64,000 nucleotides of DNA. It comes from Mactra antiquata. Its lineage: Eukaryota. Numbering within the stretch: position 1 is the first letter of the stretch; the number at the start of each line of letters is the position of its first letter. This document shows, piece by piece, positions 61,440-64,000 of the stretch. Made by a program: the position numbers and the translations under genes. Where the stretch lies: NCBI GenBank assembly GCA_047288015.1, contig CM103826.1, forward strand, positions 3,853,510 to 3,917,509, read 5' to 3'. Under the pieces are notes generated by a model, which worked only from the letters and a program-made list of their open reading frames with translations, had not been told where the DNA came from and made no database searches.

Positions 61440-61745
61440 CACGAAAGTCTTTCTGTGTTTATATCGCTCTTACGACAATTTTTCAGTCATATCGCGGAGG
61501 TCAGTTGACCTACTCACTATCTGTCCTTGATGAGACTTGGATCTCTAGACAAAAGCTTTTAATCATTACAAAGCATATATCTACGCCATGGCTAACAACT
61601 GTCCTACTTAATACAGTGGTAGGGAGGGAAATGTATTTCGTGATAAATTCCAGGAAATTATACAGGCCCGATCCGGGAATCGAACCCACAACCCCTAAAT
61701 TGATAGTCAGACGAGCTACCGACTGAGCTAAGCGGGCGAGTGAAA
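61440..61745 (-). mobile_element. SINE, family F, full length with tRNA-like head
   Basis: Sequence ...tttttcagtcatatcgcggaggtcagttgacctactcactatctgtccttgatgagacttggatctctagacaaaagcttttaatc...ggcccgatccgggaatcgaacccacaacccctaaattgatagtcagacgagctaccgactgagctaagcgggcgag. Confidence 0.8.
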
Positions 61746-62744
61746 TTGCAAAGAACGGAGACAACGTAGGATACACGATGGACAAAGGCGATCACAATAA
61801 TATTTGTATAAATAATATATAAAAAAATGAAAATGATAATTCTTCAAACCTGAACATGGAAATTTCATCAATTTCATGAACTGCGCTGTGAAGGAAATTT
61901 TGGATGGCAGCGTACATAGATCTATTTGTCTGGATTACTAAAAAGTGCATGTTCATGTCTCATTCGTAGGATTTTCTTCGTGTAATGCACTGTTACAAAA
62001 CATTCATCAATCGAAAGGATATAACTTGCCTTTATCGGTCATAAAATTTACTAACCGGTTTCCTCATTCGGAACAGCTCGGCTATAGCTGCGCTACCAGC
62101 AGAGTATTCAATAAAGACTACCAATACATATCGTAAGGTATCGATACGTACCGTGTCATAACAGGTGTTATTTGAACGGACTGTAAGCCACTACCATAAG
62201 CTACCATTGGTAAACAGTTTCACACAGTAGTTAATTTATCAGTTCAGTGAAACAATTTACTTCGCTAACGGTCGCGGCTACCACAAGCTACCGTTACCTA
62301 GCGGTAGCTGTAACTGAACATAGCTTGTTTATCGTCAACTTACGGAATCACTCGAGCGGGTTTCCGAATATGGTGTCTTAAAAAGGATAATGGTGCCAAA
62401 TGTCTGTAACACGTTGATACATCTACTTGGTGAACGAGAGTCTAACTCAACAATGATTAAATAACACAAGTTGTAAAAGATTTATCACAATCACGCTTGA
62501 AAATGTATGTAAACAAACAAGCCTCCAGCAATTGTGGCATCCGCAGAAATAATTATTGTACATTTAATTAGTCGGTCATTGTGGTCTCATATACGTGTGC
62601 GTGAGGCAATAGAGTAAAATGTACTTAATATTCTATTAATCTACACCTGGTCCTTCAGGCTACCTAATTAAACAAGCATTTGCTTGTGAAAGAATGGGAA
62701 ATCCTATAGTTATGTTGTGAGTGAGTTCTGTATTGTTCACATAT

Positions 62745-63250
62745 TTAAAGGGGAGATTCGGTGAAAAAAGAACTCGAGCTTAAATGAAAGATATTTGAAA
62801 GACAAAGTCTAATGCGAAAGAATTGACTAAATTGGCTTACTAATAAAGGAGTTATTCATAATTGATGATCCAATATTTGCTTATGAATATTACTTAGGTG
62901 GGCGAGTCCATTTTCAATGAGTTTTATTTTGTCTAATTTTCTGGGTCTAAAGTTACATTCTAATGAAAGAATAAATAAATTTATAAAAACTATGAATTTA
63001 ACTTCTTTAAAAATACATATTTAATTTGTAGTTCATGGTCTTTAAAGTAGAAAATTAGCAATGCGCATATCAATTAACTTCTTATGACGTCATTTTGATG
63101 TCATACGAAGTATGAAAAAGTATACACCTAAATGTTCATGATTTCGTAAATAATCATGCTAATTCAAAAATTCTTTTACTCCAGTGTGTCTTTTTCGATA
63201 CACTATCACTAAAGCTGAAGTTGTTTTTGTAAATGAATCTCCCCTTTAAT
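62745..63250. mobile_element. MITE family 3 copy ~600 bp upstream of the paralogue start codon
   Basis: Sequence aaggggagattcggtgaaaaaagaactcgagcttaaatgaaag...agcaatgcgcatatcaattaacttcttatgacgtcattttgatgtcatacgaagtatg...gaatctcccctttaataat. Confidence 0.75.
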
Positions 63251-63839
63251 AATTTAGTCATAAATAGGTTGACAATTCTGAACTCAGTACATGTGTACCG
63301 GAGGTATTACTAATTTGTTTTGATCTTAAATTAATCTACAGCTAGTCCTCCAGGCATCACAACAGAACAAAACAAAGCTATGTTTGTGAAAGAAGATCAT
63401 GTCATAATAACAATATTACACTATATATTGATAGACAAAGTTAATATTTCATTATTGAGTATAAATCAAGTCGGAATTCAAGAACTATGGTAAGCAAACG
63501 TTATTATGATTTGTCAATTTATTCTAAAACATGTAGTCTTTTGTTAGTTCACACCAAGGATTTTATATAACAGGGATTTGCAGATACATACAATTAGTGT
63601 TGCTTCTATTATCGTATACTGATCGTGTAGTTTCTTAATACTTATATTGAATTAAATTTAAATAATTACATTTTAACCTAATTTTCTTAACGTTGATCGT
63701 AGCATAGTGGATCAAGCTGAGGCTTATATTGAATACTCGGCTTGCTCAACTTTGTTGCCTCATTAAATAGAGTCGTTACTTACTTACTAGTCAGAATATA
63801 AAGGATTTTATACGCCATTGTTGCACTTGATTTCAGAAA

Positions 63840-63951
63840 ATGAAGTTATCACACATTGTGTCGACCATTGCCTGCTGGTTTGTGACTGCGTCAGCACAAA
63901 ATGCTGAGTTCAGTTTGTTACAACCACAAGGATTGAAATTTTCACTACCAG
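63840..63951 (+). CDS. First coding exon (signal peptide) of a tandem paralogue of the CBM39-GH16 glucanase gene; the rest of the gene lies beyond the window
   Basis: Sequence ttgatttcag|aaaATGaag. Translation MKLSHIVSTIACWFVTASAQNAEFSLLQPQGLKFSLP. It has the same length (112 nt), phase and donor (GTAAAA) as the exon at 44723-44834, and the protein is similar, with a divergent signal peptide. The acceptor context gatttcagaaaatgaag is identical. Confidence 0.75.
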
Positions 63952-64000
63952 GTAAAATTTATTTAAAGGCATCGGTAGACATTTTCTTTGAAACGTATAA

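Overview
This window is eukaryotic nuclear DNA, AT-rich and intron-rich, most likely from an invertebrate. The repeat content and the two proteins found suggest a bivalve mollusc, but that is inference only. Two complete multi-exon genes lie head-to-tail on the + strand. The first is a major vault protein (MVP) gene with 13 coding exons at 23411-40590. Its conceptual protein is 859 aa and aligns along the whole length of vertebrate MVP. The second gene lies 4 kb downstream, with 12 coding exons at 44723-56187. It encodes a 558-aa secreted protein with a signal peptide, an N-terminal beta-glucan-binding domain of the insect betaGRP/GNBP type (CBM39-like), a Thr/Pro-rich linker, and a GH16 beta-1,3-glucanase domain. 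The catalytic glutamate motif E-I-D-I-V-E is intact. The first coding exon of a tandem paralogue of this glucanase appears at 63840-63951. The first 23 kb and the intergenic stretches show no protein-coding gene I can support. They consist of tRNA-derived SINEs (at least five families, about 30 copies), Tc1/mariner-type MITEs with TA flanks, a MITE family carrying a TGACGTCA palindrome, and several minisatellites and microsatellites. One minisatellite is 1.35 kb with a 42-bp unit. Another is a 225-bp (ATT)n tract just upstream of the glucanase start-codon exon. A third is an 820-bp array of 19-bp units directly after its stop codon. There is nothing prokaryotic here: no operons, no CRISPR, and the tandem repeats lack unique spacers. 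Coordinates were derived by hand and anchored to the supplied ORF track where possible; treat exon boundaries as accurate to about 2 nt.
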